Position numbers and translations under genes: made by a program. A DNA stretch of 64,000 nt from an uncultured Planctomycetaceae bacterium (GTDB lineage: Bacteria > Planctomycetota > Planctomycetia > Planctomycetales > Planctomycetaceae). The stretch is from the NCBI GenBank assembly GCA_963976765.1, contig CAXBME010000004.1:186001-250000 (forward strand), given 5' to 3'. The notes beneath the pieces are model-generated. The model worked only from the letters and a program-made list of their open reading frames with translations. It did no database searches and was not told the DNA's origin. Positions 50,511 through 60,199 of the stretch are shown piece by piece. Position 1 is the stretch's first letter; each line of letters starts with the position of its first letter.

Positions 50511-51413
50511 ACGGAGTCTCGACCGGGAATCGAGGAACGCTCCCAGCACTTTCTGATACGGATCAGCAGTGGTCATCTTCAACCGATCAATGCCCATCCC
50601 CGCACATTGCTTCTGCAAAGCTTCGCAGAATTCCTGGTACTGCTCGACGTAGAGTTTTCTCAGTCGATGAGGATCGACCAGCATCCGGTGTCCGCTCTTT
50701 TCAAGACTGCGGAACTGGGTCGGGCTGCGGAATGGGAATGTTTCTTCCTCAGGGGCAACCACCTGCAGAAGAATGACTTCGTGCCGCGCGTGTCGCATTC
50801 GCTTCAACGCAGCGGTCAATGCTTCCATTTTGTCGAAGCAGTCGCTGATCACCATGATCAGACTGCGGCGAGGAATTGTCGGCAGTGTCTCGCTGATGAC
50901 TTCTCCCAGACTCGTTTCCGCACCAGGCTGACATCTTTCCAGGGCGGCGGTGAGCTGCTGAAACTTTTGAGGGTTCGTCCCTGGTTCGAATCTCTCGCGA
51001 ACCTTCGTATCAAACGCAATCAGCCCCACACCGTCCTGCTGAGCCAGCAGGAGATACCCTAGAGCCGCTGCCAGTTGTCGAGCGTAGTCAAACTTGCTGA
51101 GCGTGCTCTCGCCGTAGGCCATGCTGCCTGAGCAGTCCACGAAGAGGTAACAACGCAGGTTTGTTTCGTCTTCGTATTCTTTGATGTAGTAGCGACCGGT
51201 CTTGCCGTAAGCCCGCCAGTCGATGTGCCGGATTTCGTCGCCGGGGTAATACTTGCGGTGCTCGACAAACTCGACACTCGCCCCCTTAAACGGGCTCTTG
51301 TGCTGCCCAATGATGCAGCCTTCAACGAGCAGCTTCGCAACGACCTCCAACCGACCAAACTTTGCCAGCGAGGTCGGATCATCAATTGGAACTGCGTTGT
51401 TTCGTTTGGCCAT
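50508..51413 (-). CDS. DUF58 family protein (vWA-like, MoxR-associated)
   Basis: GQHKSPFKG, EFVEHRKY.PGDEIRHIDW, DCSGSM, ISD. Confidence 0.93.
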   Translation of the reverse strand: MAKRNNAVPIDDPTSLAKFGRLEVVAKLLVEGCIIGQHKSPFKGASVEFVEHRKYYPGDEIRHIDWRAYGKTGRYYIKEYEDETNLRCYLFVDCSGSMAYGESTLSKFDYARQLAAALGYLLLAQQDGVGLIAFDTKVRERFEPGTNPQKFQQLTAALERCQPGAETSLGEVISETLPTIPRRSLIMVISDCFDKMEALTAALKRMRHARHEVILLQVVAPEEETFPFRSPTQFRSLEKSGHRMLVDPHRLRKLYVEQYQEFCEALQKQCAGMGIDRLKMTTADPYQKVLGAFLDSRSRLR

Positions 51414-51532
51414 CGCTTACCCCATTGACTGAGCAGGGCGGGCACTGCCACCGTTCTAATTTTCCATCAGCGAAAACCAGTGTCGATCAGCATTTCTTGA
51501 ATTTCCGGCGTTTACTCTGGCCTGTAGTTTCG

Positions 51533-54500
51533 TCAAACACGAGCGATCCAGATTTGGGCCTTCGCATTGCCGATCGAAACGGGTTTGACGTCGCTTGCAG
51601 CTTCACCCGGTTCGATCGACTCGGCCAGCGTTTCGTTCTGGATGTAGTCTGACCATTCGGCGACGGCCGTCGCGATATCCGACGAGTCCGACTGAAACTG
51701 CACCTTGATCCGATCCTGAATCTGCAGGTCGGCGTCTTTACGAAGCTGCTGAACCTGACGGACGAAGTCCCGAGCCATGCCTTCGCGTTCGAGTTCCGGC
51801 GTCGTGACCGTTGAGATCGCGATCTGGATTCCGTCTTCGTCTGCACAACTCCAGTCGGAAGCCTGTTCCGTGCTGACCATGACGTCGTCCGGGCCGAGTT
51901 CAATCTGCTCGCCACCGAGTTCCACTGTCACGGACTGGCCGGAACGCAACGGAGCAAGGATGGCCGGATCGAGCTGCGGCAGTTCGGTGCGGATGACTCC
52001 GAGCAGTTTGCCATGCCGTGGCCCGAGCGTTTTCAGATTTGGCTTGAACGAGTAACTCACAAGGTCGTCCAGGTTGTCGGCGCTGGTAACCTGCTTGATG
52101 TTGAGTTCTTCTTTGATGACATCGCCCAGGTGCTCGACCGCTTCCCGCTGCTCGGCTGTTGAACACGCGAATTTCAATTCGGCGAGTGGCAGGCGAACTC
52201 GCAGCGTTTTCTCTTCGCGAAGTTTGTGACCGAGTTTGACAACAAGCTGAGCCGTCGCCGTTCGCAGGTTGAGCGTCGGATCAAGCAGCGATTCGTCAGG
52301 CATTGGGTATTCGCAAAGATGGACGGACTCTGGTGAGTCGGCATTCGAGCCTCCGACCAGATTCTGATACATCCGCTCGGCCATGAACGGGGTCATTGGC
52401 GCGAGGGCCTTGCAAAGCGTGACCAGCACTTCGTAGAGCGTCTGGTAGGCGGCGGTCTTGTCAGTGTCCGACGCATCTTTCGATCGCCAGAAGCGGCGGC
52501 GATTGCGGCGGATGTACCAGTTGGTGAGGTCGTCGAGGAAGTTCTCGGCCGCCTTGCAGAAAGCCGCGACGTTGTATTTCGGCATTTCTTCCTGAGCGAC
52601 CTGCAGGACTGATTGCAGATTGGACAGGATCCAGCGATCGATCTCCGGCCGGTCGGCGACGGGGATTGTTTCGGCGGTCGGATCGAACTCGTCGAGCCGC
52701 GCGTAGTTCACGAAGAAGGCGTACGAATTCCACAATGGGATCAGCACGCTGCGGCGGGTCTCGTCAGCCGGCTGGCTGGTGACTTTGCAGCAGGGCACGC
52801 CTTCTTTGGTTTCGCTTTGCGGGCCTTCCGGAGTTTCCAGCGTCACGTGCTCGTCAGGATGCCGCGTTCCGAATCGCAGGTCCGTCGCCGGATTCTGCGC
52901 GAGATACATCCAGCGCATCGTGTCGACGCCGAGTTGCTCGGCGGCTTCCTCAAACCAGATGGCCGTGCCGTCCGACTTGTGCATCGGCTGGCCCTGCTCG
53001 TTCTGAACAAGCCGGTGACCGAGCAACGTCTTGAACGGTCGCTTTTCGATCGGGTCGTCGGTCTCGTCGTAACGCATCATCGTCGAGAGAGAGAGCATCG
53101 AGTAGAACCAGTTGCGGAACTGGCCGGGGAAACACTCGGTCACAAGATCCGCCGGGTACCACTTCTGCCAGTCGTCGCGATCGTGGTTGTAGTGCATGGT
53201 CGAAAACGGAACGATGCCCGCGTCGAGCCATGGGTTGCCGACGTCCTCAATGCGGGTCATCAGGTTGCCGGTCTTTGGATTCTTGATTTTGACGCCGTCG
53301 ATCCACGGTCGGTGAGGCGTGTTGCCTTCGAAGCCGTCCCAGCCTTCAACCGCTCGTTCTTTCAGTTCAGCGAGCGAGCCCATGACTTCGAAGTCGCCGG
53401 TTTCTTCATCCACCCAGATCGGCAGCGCGAGACCCCAGAAGCGTTTCTTCGAGACCATCCAGTCGCTCATATTGCTGAGCCATTCGCACTCGCGTTCCTG
53501 CCCGTCGATGCTTTCCGGCAGCCATTCGATCTGCCGAGTGACGTCTTTGATTTCTTCCCGCCAGTCCATATTGATGAACCACTCGTCGACCAGGCGAAAG
53601 ACAAGTTCGTCGCCCGTCCGCCAGCAATGCGGATAGATGTGCGGGTAAGTTTCGACGTTGACCAGCAGGCCTTTTTCTTTGAGCTTCTCAAAGACGAGTT
53701 CGGCCGTTTCCTTCGTGATCGCCTCTTTGCCGGTGAAGTCTCCAAAGCCTTCGCCGTACGTGCCGTCCTCTTTCAGCGGGGCGATGGCGACGAGACCATG
53801 CTCGGCTCCCATTTTATGGTCGATGTCACCGCAGCCCGGCGCGATGTGGACAATGCCCGTTCCCTCGCCAGCGACAACGTGAGCGGCTCCGCGAGAATCA
53901 CGGCCGCCGTCGATCACTTTGTGACATGAAACGCCACAGCGGTCTTCGAGTTTGTCATCAACCGGGTAACCGCCGGCCTGTTGTTGAACAGGCAGGTCGT
54001 CGAACGGACCGTCATATTCCCAGCCGACCATCTCGGCACCTTTGACCGTGCCGATTTCCTCGAAGCCGCCGTTCTCTTTGAAAATCTGAGCCAGCGTCTT
54101 CAGCTTGGGAACGTCCTTCGGCCACTGCCATTCCGGGCGCCCGAAGCCTTCTTTGAACTCACGTTCCAGTCGTTTGAAGTTGAGGTTGTCTTTCGCGAAG
54201 TAGTAAACCGCTCCGTCTCGTTCGGCTTTGATCTTCACGTAGTCGAGGTCCGGGTTCACGGCGGCCGCGACGTTGCTGGTCAGAGTCCAGGGAGTCGTCG
54301 TCCAGACGAGCAGAAATTCGTTTTCGACAGGCTGTGTGCCACTGGCTCCGCCAGTGCCATCGTCGCCATTCTGAAGGGCACTGGCAGAGCCAGTGGCACA
54401 CTTCTTCCGAATCGGGAACCTGACGAAGATTGATTTGTGAGTCGTCAGCTTGCGGCCTTCGGCGATCTCCATCTGCGAGTACGCACTGCCGCCTCGACCG

Positions 54501-55177
54501 GACCAGGGCATGACGTCGTGGCCCTGGTAGATTTTTCCTCGCTCGAAGCATTTCTTGAGGAACGTCCAGATGGTCTCGTTGTTTTCGGTCGAGAATGTGA
54601 AGTAGCTGCCGCCCCATTCCGGATTGCCGAGTCGTTCGACGAGCTGGTGCGACTTGCCCTTTTCCAGTTTGCCCGACGGAGCGGTGAACTCAACTTCCTC
54701 GTCGGTGCCCATTTTCTCGGCGAGCAGTCGCAACTGATCGGGATCGTCCCAGTCCATCCAGTATCCGAGTCGCTGCGACTGCTCAGTCTGTCGCGCGGCG
54801 AACTGGAGAACTCGGCGTTTGCACTCGTTGACGAAGTTGTCGATGCCGTACTCGGCGACGGCGGTTTTCGTCCCCAGACCGAGCTGCTTTTCGACTTCGA
54901 CTTCGACCCACAGACCCTGGCAATCAAACCCGTTCTGGTATCGCTGGTCGTAGCCCATCATCGCGAAGAATCGCTGATAGGTGTCTTTGTAGGTGCGGCC
55001 CCAGGCGTGGTGGACACCCATCGGATTGTTGGCGGTGATCGGCCCGTCCAGGAAGCTCCAGCGTTTCTTTCCATTGTTCTGTTCGCGAAGTTTTTTGAAG
55101 ATCGAATTGTCTTCCCAGAACTTCAGAACCGAGTGCTCACCGCGGACGAAATCGGCGTCTTTAACTTCCTGGAACAT
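51533..55177 (-). CDS. ileS: Isoleucine--tRNA ligase, type 2
   Basis: [49 protein letters not shown]; type-2 C-terminus [16 protein letters not shown]. Confidence 0.96.
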   Translation of the reverse strand: MFQEVKDADFVRGEHSVLKFWEDNSIFKKLREQNNGKKRWSFLDGPITANNPMGVHHAWGRTYKDTYQRFFAMMGYDQRYQNGFDCQGLWVEVEVEKQLGLGTKTAVAEYGIDNFVNECKRRVLQFAARQTEQSQRLGYWMDWDDPDQLRLLAEKMGTDEEVEFTAPSGKLEKGKSHQLVERLGNPEWGGSYFTFSTENNETIWTFLKKCFERGKIYQGHDVMPWSGRGGSAYSQMEIAEGRKLTTHKSIFVRFPIRKKCATGSASALQNGDDGTGGASGTQPVENEFLLVWTTTPWTLTSNVAAAVNPDLDYVKIKAERDGAVYYFAKDNLNFKRLEREFKEGFGRPEWQWPKDVPKLKTLAQIFKENGGFEEIGTVKGAEMVGWEYDGPFDDLPVQQQAGGYPVDDKLEDRCGVSCHKVIDGGRDSRGAAHVVAGEGTGIVHIAPGCGDIDHKMGAEHGLVAIAPLKEDGTYGEGFGDFTGKEAITKETAELVFEKLKEKGLLVNVETYPHIYPHCWRTGDELVFRLVDEWFINMDWREEIKDVTRQIEWLPESIDGQERECEWLSNMSDWMVSKKRFWGLALPIWVDEETGDFEVMGSLAELKERAVEGWDGFEGNTPHRPWIDGVKIKNPKTGNLMTRIEDVGNPWLDAGIVPFSTMHYNHDRDDWQKWYPADLVTECFPGQFRNWFYSMLSLSTMMRYDETDDPIEKRPFKTLLGHRLVQNEQGQPMHKSDGTAIWFEEAAEQLGVDTMRWMYLAQNPATDLRFGTRHPDEHVTLETPEGPQSETKEGVPCCKVTSQPADETRRSVLIPLWNSYAFFVNYARLDEFDPTAETIPVADRPEIDRWILSNLQSVLQVAQEEMPKYNVAAFCKAAENFLDDLTNWYIRRNRRRFWRSKDASDTDKTAAYQTLYEVLVTLCKALAPMTPFMAERMYQNLVGGSNADSPESVHLCEYPMPDESLLDPTLNLRTATAQLVVKLGHKLREEKTLRVRLPLAELKFACSTAEQREAVEHLGDVIKEELNIKQVTSADNLDDLVSYSFKPNLKTLGPRHGKLLGVIRTELPQLDPAILAPLRSGQSVTVELGGEQIELGPDDVMVSTEQASDWSCADEDGIQIAISTVTTPELEREGMARDFVRQVQQLRKDADLQIQDRIKVQFQSDSSDIATAVAEWSDYIQNETLAESIEPGEAASDVKPVSIGNAKAQIWIARV
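54334..54401. repeat. Palindromic REP-like doublet inserted in frame in ileS
   Basis: 25-bp inverted arms GTGTGCCACTGGCTCCGCCAGTGCC / GGCACTGGCAGAGCCAGTGGCACAC (1 mismatch) with an 18-bp spacer. Confidence 0.88.
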
Positions 55178-55258
55178 GCGTGCTGGTATCTATCAAGCTG
55201 AGGTATTGTGTTTTTAATGACTGATTCACGTGCTGCGTCGCGTCCCCTGAAAAGGGGC

Positions 55259-55690
55259 TCAGGTTGCCGTGTCGCCGCTAATCAACTCTTTGTACATGTT
55301 AATCCTGCTGGTGACTTCCGGCTCAGCCAGAAACTCCAGCACTCGATCCTGCAATTCCTGCGGATTCCCGCTGGAGACGGGTTGTTCACCATAAAAGTCG
55401 AGACTTATGGGAACACCCGTCGGCGGGACATAAGCTCTAAACAAGGTGTCCTGAACTTTGTGCCCTGGAATTCGCAGAACAACGTTCAACTGCTGGCCCA
55501 ATCGAGACGGGAAACCCGGTTCGACGTCTACTTTCAAATCTGAATTCGCAGAACCACCTGTAAGCCAGTTTCCCAGTTCGTCGGCAGTTTCCCGTAACGT
55601 GCGAAAGGCTTCCAGATAGGGAGCACTTTGGGCGGTGTTTCCCAGAGTTGCTCCGAGTCTCGTTGCGAAATTCGTTGGATCGGTTGCCAT
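55259..55690 (-). CDS. Hypothetical protein (143 aa) downstream of the EEP nuclease
   Basis: GAGGAA RBS before ATG; globular alpha/beta-like sequence; no known motif. Confidence 0.75.
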   Translation of the reverse strand: MATDPTNFATRLGATLGNTAQSAPYLEAFRTLRETADELGNWLTGGSANSDLKVDVEPGFPSRLGQQLNVVLRIPGHKVQDTLFRAYVPPTGVPISLDFYGEQPVSSGNPQELQDRVLEFLAEPEVTSRINMYKELISGDTAT

Positions 55691-55813
55691 GATGCATTTC
55701 CTCAATCTGTTTCGGTTGGAAAAGTCCTGGCCTCTTTGTGGCCGATTCGCTGATGTCAGAATACCGGATGGCAGTCGTGGCAACTTCCGAAGCTCCCATG
55801 ATATCGCGCCCCG

Positions 55814-56803
55814 CTAGACTACGTCGAACCGGGCCAGTATCGGGAGATGATCCGAACAACCGTGGAAATCGCCCGGAGCTGCTTCCTTCCACTTTTCCGG
55901 TCGAAGAACACCAGTACGAGTGTGTCTCGCATTGACACCAGTTTCCACGTGAAACTCCACCGAAGACTCCTGCAATCTCAGCGGGCCATTCTTCAAAACA
56001 CGCCCGGATACCAGAATGTGATCGAGAAGGTTTACCCCGCTGTCACCGTGACTCGATTTAGGTCTTGGTTCCTCATACCCCTGTTGTGACGCGACTTCCC
56101 AGAGATCCGGCTCTGACATAAACCGCCACGCTGTGTTGTAGAGGTATGCTGGCGTGGCACTTGACCACAACGCGCCACTGAAGTTTCTTTGAGCACGCAG
56201 TCGCAGTTCACCGAACGGGGGTTCAAACGGCTCGGCGTTGAAATCTCCCAATGCAATCACACTTGTTGTTCTCTGCTCACTGGCCAGTCGTTGTCCGAGC
56301 CAGTCGGCTGTTTGCAACCGATCATCGCCATCGGTGATCGGGGATGATGGAAGACGGCTCTTCCAGTGATTTGTAACAAGTAACACGCGTTCGTGGATCC
56401 CGACCAGGTCACACTCAACGATCATGCATCTTGGCCGAGCAGCAGTCGTTGGTCGTTGCGTATCCACGATGTTCAACTGAGCGACTCGCGATGATCGCCC
56501 CAGCAACCCAATTCCCGTTTGAGCATTCGATCCGGTCGAAAGCCCAGGCGGTGCCCACGCTTCCAGAAAATTCCCACCGCCAAAAACTTTCTTAGCAACC
56601 TCCTGATGAATCCTCTGCGAACCAACCTCACCCAGTGAAAGCAAATCAGGGCCAGCATTGCCAAAAAAACGTTTGATGACGGCAGCGAGTCGGTCAATCT
56701 TCTCGTCCAGTTCGCTCACCGATTGTGGCCCGCGAGAAACGACATTCGGCTCGAACAGGTTCTGCACGTTCCAGAACGCGACTTTAAGTTGAGACCCCGG
56801 CAC
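55814..56803 (-). CDS. Endonuclease/exonuclease/phosphatase (EEP) family protein
   Basis: FWNVQNLF, LGEV, NHWKSR, GDFN, LDHILVS, SDHLP. Confidence 0.9.
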   Translation of the reverse strand: MPGSQLKVAFWNVQNLFEPNVVSRGPQSVSELDEKIDRLAAVIKRFFGNAGPDLLSLGEVGSQRIHQEVAKKVFGGGNFLEAWAPPGLSTGSNAQTGIGLLGRSSRVAQLNIVDTQRPTTAARPRCMIVECDLVGIHERVLLVTNHWKSRLPSSPITDGDDRLQTADWLGQRLASEQRTTSVIALGDFNAEPFEPPFGELRLRAQRNFSGALWSSATPAYLYNTAWRFMSEPDLWEVASQQGYEEPRPKSSHGDSGVNLLDHILVSGRVLKNGPLRLQESSVEFHVETGVNARHTRTGVLRPEKWKEAAPGDFHGCSDHLPILARFDVV

Positions 56804-56984
56804 GTGACGTTTTCACTTTCTGCTTCAAGAGTCAAACGCACAACGCAACTTCGCAGTCCCAATGAATACACAACGACACGACACCGCTGCACCCGATTCG
56901 GTACGCGGCATCGACGGGCGTTTGAGAGCGGAGTTTTATCGAATCGAGCGGGCCGATGGAATTCGGCGGCAAAGTAAGCGTTTT

Positions 56985-57039
56985 GCAGGCTGGGACGTGT
57001 CCCAGCAAGACTCTCAAGCTGGGACACGTCCCAGCCCGC
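56985..57039. repeat. REP doublet (REPIN-like), third family
   Basis: GCAG-GCTGGGAC-GT-GTCCCAGC ... GCTGGGAC-AC-GTCCCAGC-CCGC. Confidence 0.75.
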
Positions 57040-57057
57040 AAGATACGGCCCGAACAC

Positions 57058-57330
57058 TCAGTACGACTCGACATCCGAATCAAACACCGACAGCAGCGGC
57101 TGTTCAGGGCCGACGGCGGCCAGGCGGTCAAGTTCGGCTTCAATCAGAGCCAGCCGGGAAGAAATCTGCTGGTTTCCGGTAGACCATTGTTCCTGCCAGT
57201 CGACGGGTTGCTGCTTCGAAGGCTCGGTAGGTTGGATGTCGGTTTCGGTATTGAGCTGGATGAGGCAATCGCCCAGCCGGCTGGTTGCTCGTGCCTCGAA
57301 ATCCGGGTCGGCGATTCGCAGATTCCGCAT
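57058..57330 (-). CDS. Small hypothetical protein (90 aa)
   Basis: GGAG RBS; short coiled-coil-like segment ISSRLALIEAELDRL. Confidence 0.5.
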   Translation of the reverse strand: MRNLRIADPDFEARATSRLGDCLIQLNTETDIQPTEPSKQQPVDWQEQWSTGNQQISSRLALIEAELDRLAAVGPEQPLLSVFDSDVESY

Positions 57331-57804
57331 GAGTGACTCCGGTCGATGATGATCTGAATGATGTAAATTCGGGATGAAATTCAATGTCGGATGGAAGTCG
57401 GGTCATTGGGCCGTGTGGAAAACTCCTGACGACCGTTGCGACCAGAACCGGGTTGACAGAGGAAGAAGAGGGGGAACTTCAAGAGCTTCAGGTGGGACTC
57501 GTCGAGCGAGCTGATTCCTCGTGACTCTGTCAAACTGCCGAGCGAGTCAGCTCGGTGACTGCAGGATCGACCGTAATTGCTGACCGCTCGGACGGCAGTT
57601 CTGGATTCATGAGGCGGGCGAAGGAGCTGACCGCTTTCAATCTGCCACGTGTCTGATCGGCGAGGCCGGATGCAACTCTGTAGAAAATGACATCACTGTG
57701 GGAATCCTGGCTGAGATTGCCGGTTCCAAAGAAGGCGCAAAACGAACAATCGGTACGGCGTGAATCAACTGACGCATGACTCCACGGGCAACACCCGCAC
57801 GAAG

Positions 57805-58305
57805 CTACGGCAAGTACTCATCGCCCCACAACTGGCCAATTGCCTCGAAGAATTCGTCGCGACTTTTTCCGCACAAGTGCATTCGAGCGATCACGATGGA
57901 CGGTTTGTCTTTTAACTTGGCCCCAACAGCCGAAGTGCGGATTCTGCTCTGTCCCTGCCCACTCCAATGGACGGAAATGTAAAACTTGAGAACTTCCGCT
58001 TTACGGATCAAGAGTTTTGATGTGGTGTCTCGGGAGTCAAAAACAGCGACCTGATCAGCCGATACCTCTGTGGAATAAATGATTGGATCGGCTGTGCGGT
58101 AAATTGCATGCAACAGGAGAATGGTCAAAAAAGGGAGGCACCACGGCGCAAACGTTCGACCAAATTCAGTAATTTTCTCATCACCGCCACCAGTGAAACT
58201 GTCGCAGCAGATGTATCCTAAAACGGACATAAAAAAGAGAATTACAGGAATAGCAACAACCATCGAATCAGCAGATGATCTTGTGATTTTTCGCATTTGT
58301 GCCAT
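57805..58305 (-). CDS. Hypothetical membrane protein (2 TM plus PH-like tail)
   Basis: Two hydrophobic segments; visibly AT-richer than neighbours. Confidence 0.6.
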   Translation of the reverse strand: MAQMRKITRSSADSMVVAIPVILFFMSVLGYICCDSFTGGGDEKITEFGRTFAPWCLPFLTILLLHAIYRTADPIIYSTEVSADQVAVFDSRDTTSKLLIRKAEVLKFYISVHWSGQGQSRIRTSAVGAKLKDKPSIVIARMHLCGKSRDEFFEAIGQLWGDEYLP

Positions 58306-58315
58306 CCACGATTTC

Positions 58316-58337
58316 GATGCGTCGAGACTTACCCTAA
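58316..58337. repeat. Degenerate solo REP of the GTAGGGTGCGTC family
   Basis: GATGCGTCGAGACTTACCCTAA matches GGTGCGTCGAGACGCACCCTAC at 18/22 positions. Confidence 0.5.
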
Positions 58338-58347
58338 AAGAAACGAT

Positions 58348-59043
58348 TCACTGGCCGACCGCAGTCACTGTCCAATGGCGATCACTTGTCTGCTCGACGG
58401 TGCTGGCGGGCCAGCTGAGCGACTGCATCAGCTCACCCATTTCCGCGAGCGTCAACGCGGCGTGGAGCGACTGCCGGAAAAGTTGCTGCTGTTCGTCGTT
58501 GTCGTTTCCTGCGTGAGCCTGCACAAGAGCCTCGACCTGCTCTGACGAATCCGGACGCAGAAGATCTCGGACAAACAGCAGTCCGCCGGGTTTGAGAATT
58601 CGCTGCATCTCACGGAGGCTGTCGATCGGCTCGGGAATGTGATGGACGATGCTGTTTGAGATCACCCAGTCGAACTCGCCATCGTCGAACGGCAGTTCTT
58701 TCGCGTCAACATGCTTCAACAGAATGCTGCCATGCAGCCCGGCGTTGCGAATGTTCTGCTCAGCCAGCAACAGCATCTCAGCAGCCAGGTCGATCGCCAC
58801 GATATCGACGTTGACCGCCCGTCGACAGAATTCGATCGGAATCTGAGCCGTTCCGGTCCCCACGTCCAGAACCCGCAACCGGTTTCCCTGAAAACTGAGC
58901 TGGCCAGCAAACCCTGCTGCATACGCCGCGTTCAGCAGATCGTCGACGAACAATCGATTGACCGACGAGTGATCCATCGAGTCATAATCCGCCGCTTCTT
59001 CAGCGGTGTCCATGACTTCGGGTTCGAGCGTGCGAGGCAGCAT
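58348..59043 (-). CDS. Class I SAM-dependent methyltransferase
   Basis: LEPEVMD..EA.DYD.MDH, VLDVGTGTA, SNSIVHH, DLLRP. Confidence 0.92.
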   Translation of the reverse strand: MLPRTLEPEVMDTAEEAADYDSMDHSSVNRLFVDDLLNAAYAAGFAGQLSFQGNRLRVLDVGTGTAQIPIEFCRRAVNVDIVAIDLAAEMLLLAEQNIRNAGLHGSILLKHVDAKELPFDDGEFDWVISNSIVHHIPEPIDSLREMQRILKPGGLLFVRDLLRPDSSEQVEALVQAHAGNDNDEQQQLFRQSLHAALTLAEMGELMQSLSWPASTVEQTSDRHWTVTAVGQ

Positions 59044-59242
59044 GTGTGCGTTCCCTGAGCTGATGACGAAAATGACCGTCGCTATCGCAGCAGTCCGAAC
59101 CACGGATGGCTCGGAGAAGTACAGATCGAAAGGATGCCACGATCAAGCCGATCTGCTTGAAGTGCTCGATCATGATCGGGCTGAACTCGTCGTAGTTGCA
59201 GGCGCCGCAGTTGCCCCAGGTGAGGCTGAGGACGTGTTTCAA

Positions 59243-60175
59243 TTACTTCATCGCAGAGCCTTTCAGCTTCCCGCCGTTGGTTGTGATGATCTGGAAGTGA
59301 TGGATTCCGACTTTCTGCCCATCTGTGTATTCCCACACGACCTTCTTGTCGCGAGTCACTTCGAACAGCTTCGGAGCACGGGGATCGGCACGGCCAGCGG
59401 CGTAGCTGGTGATGACGACGTTTCCGCTGGGGAGAACCTGACTGCCGCATGGATCCTGGAGCCAGTTGCCTGGGAGGTCGTCGTTAGTGAGAGTCCAGAC
59501 CATCTTCCCTTCGGCGTCAAAATCAACGACTCGGTTTCCGTGAGTGCAGCAGACGAGCGTGTGTCCGTCTCCGTGCCGGATCGCCGTGAAGGGCCAGGTG
59601 TGGATCTTGTGTTCGGGGTCGTTCGGAGCGGTTGTGTCCAGCTTGCCCAGAATCCTGCCGTCGCTGGCATAGTGGAAAACGGCGAAGTTCAGCAGGTGCG
59701 GTGCGAGAAAAGTCCCGTCGGAAAGCTTACGAGCCATCCGCGTCTGCATGTGGTGGTTCTGCTTTTGACAGGCCAGCGGGAATTCCAGAATCACCTCGCC
59801 GGTAGCACTGATTTCGAGCAGTCTGGGATTGTTCCCCGCCTCGGTGATGACGAACGTGCCATCGGCTGTCGGCTGAGCGCTGTTGACTTCGCTTTGCGTG
59901 CCTTTCCAGATCAGCGTTTCCTTGCCATCCGGGGCGATGCTGACGACGGCTCCACCATTACGCTTCGACTTGCTCAGCGTCAGAATAATCGTACCGTCTT
60001 CCAGCACGTAACCGTCGCGAGTAGCGGCTGGATACGTCCAGCTCGCTTTTCCGTCAGCTCCCATGATATAGGTCTTCTGGCCACACGCGAGAAAGCTGTG
60101 CGTGACTTCCTGAGCAACCGCTGTGTTGCCAATGATGCAGAGAAAGAGTGTCGTCAGTAACAAATGAGATCTCAT
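59243..60175 (-). CDS. Secreted beta-propeller protein
   Basis: Signal peptide; repeated L.DGT.(L/V)I / GK.VW blades. Confidence 0.75.
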   Translation of the reverse strand: MRSHLLLTTLFLCIIGNTAVAQEVTHSFLACGQKTYIMGADGKASWTYPAATRDGYVLEDGTIILTLSKSKRNGGAVVSIAPDGKETLIWKGTQSEVNSAQPTADGTFVITEAGNNPRLLEISATGEVILEFPLACQKQNHHMQTRMARKLSDGTFLAPHLLNFAVFHYASDGRILGKLDTTAPNDPEHKIHTWPFTAIRHGDGHTLVCCTHGNRVVDFDAEGKMVWTLTNDDLPGNWLQDPCGSQVLPSGNVVITSYAAGRADPRAPKLFEVTRDKKVVWEYTDGQKVGIHHFQIITTNGGKLKGSAMK

Positions 60176-60199
60176 AAAGTGTCTACCTTTGGGACTTGG

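Noticed and set aside
52613..55201. Plus-strand ORFs of 438, 150 and 254 aa
   Set aside because: Antisense shadows of ileS
55691..55813. attC between the EEP gene and its partner
   Set aside because: No RYYYAAC/GTTRRRY pair with a stem
59006..60160. 384-aa plus-strand ORF
   Set aside because: Antisense to the signal-peptide-bearing propeller gene; no motifs
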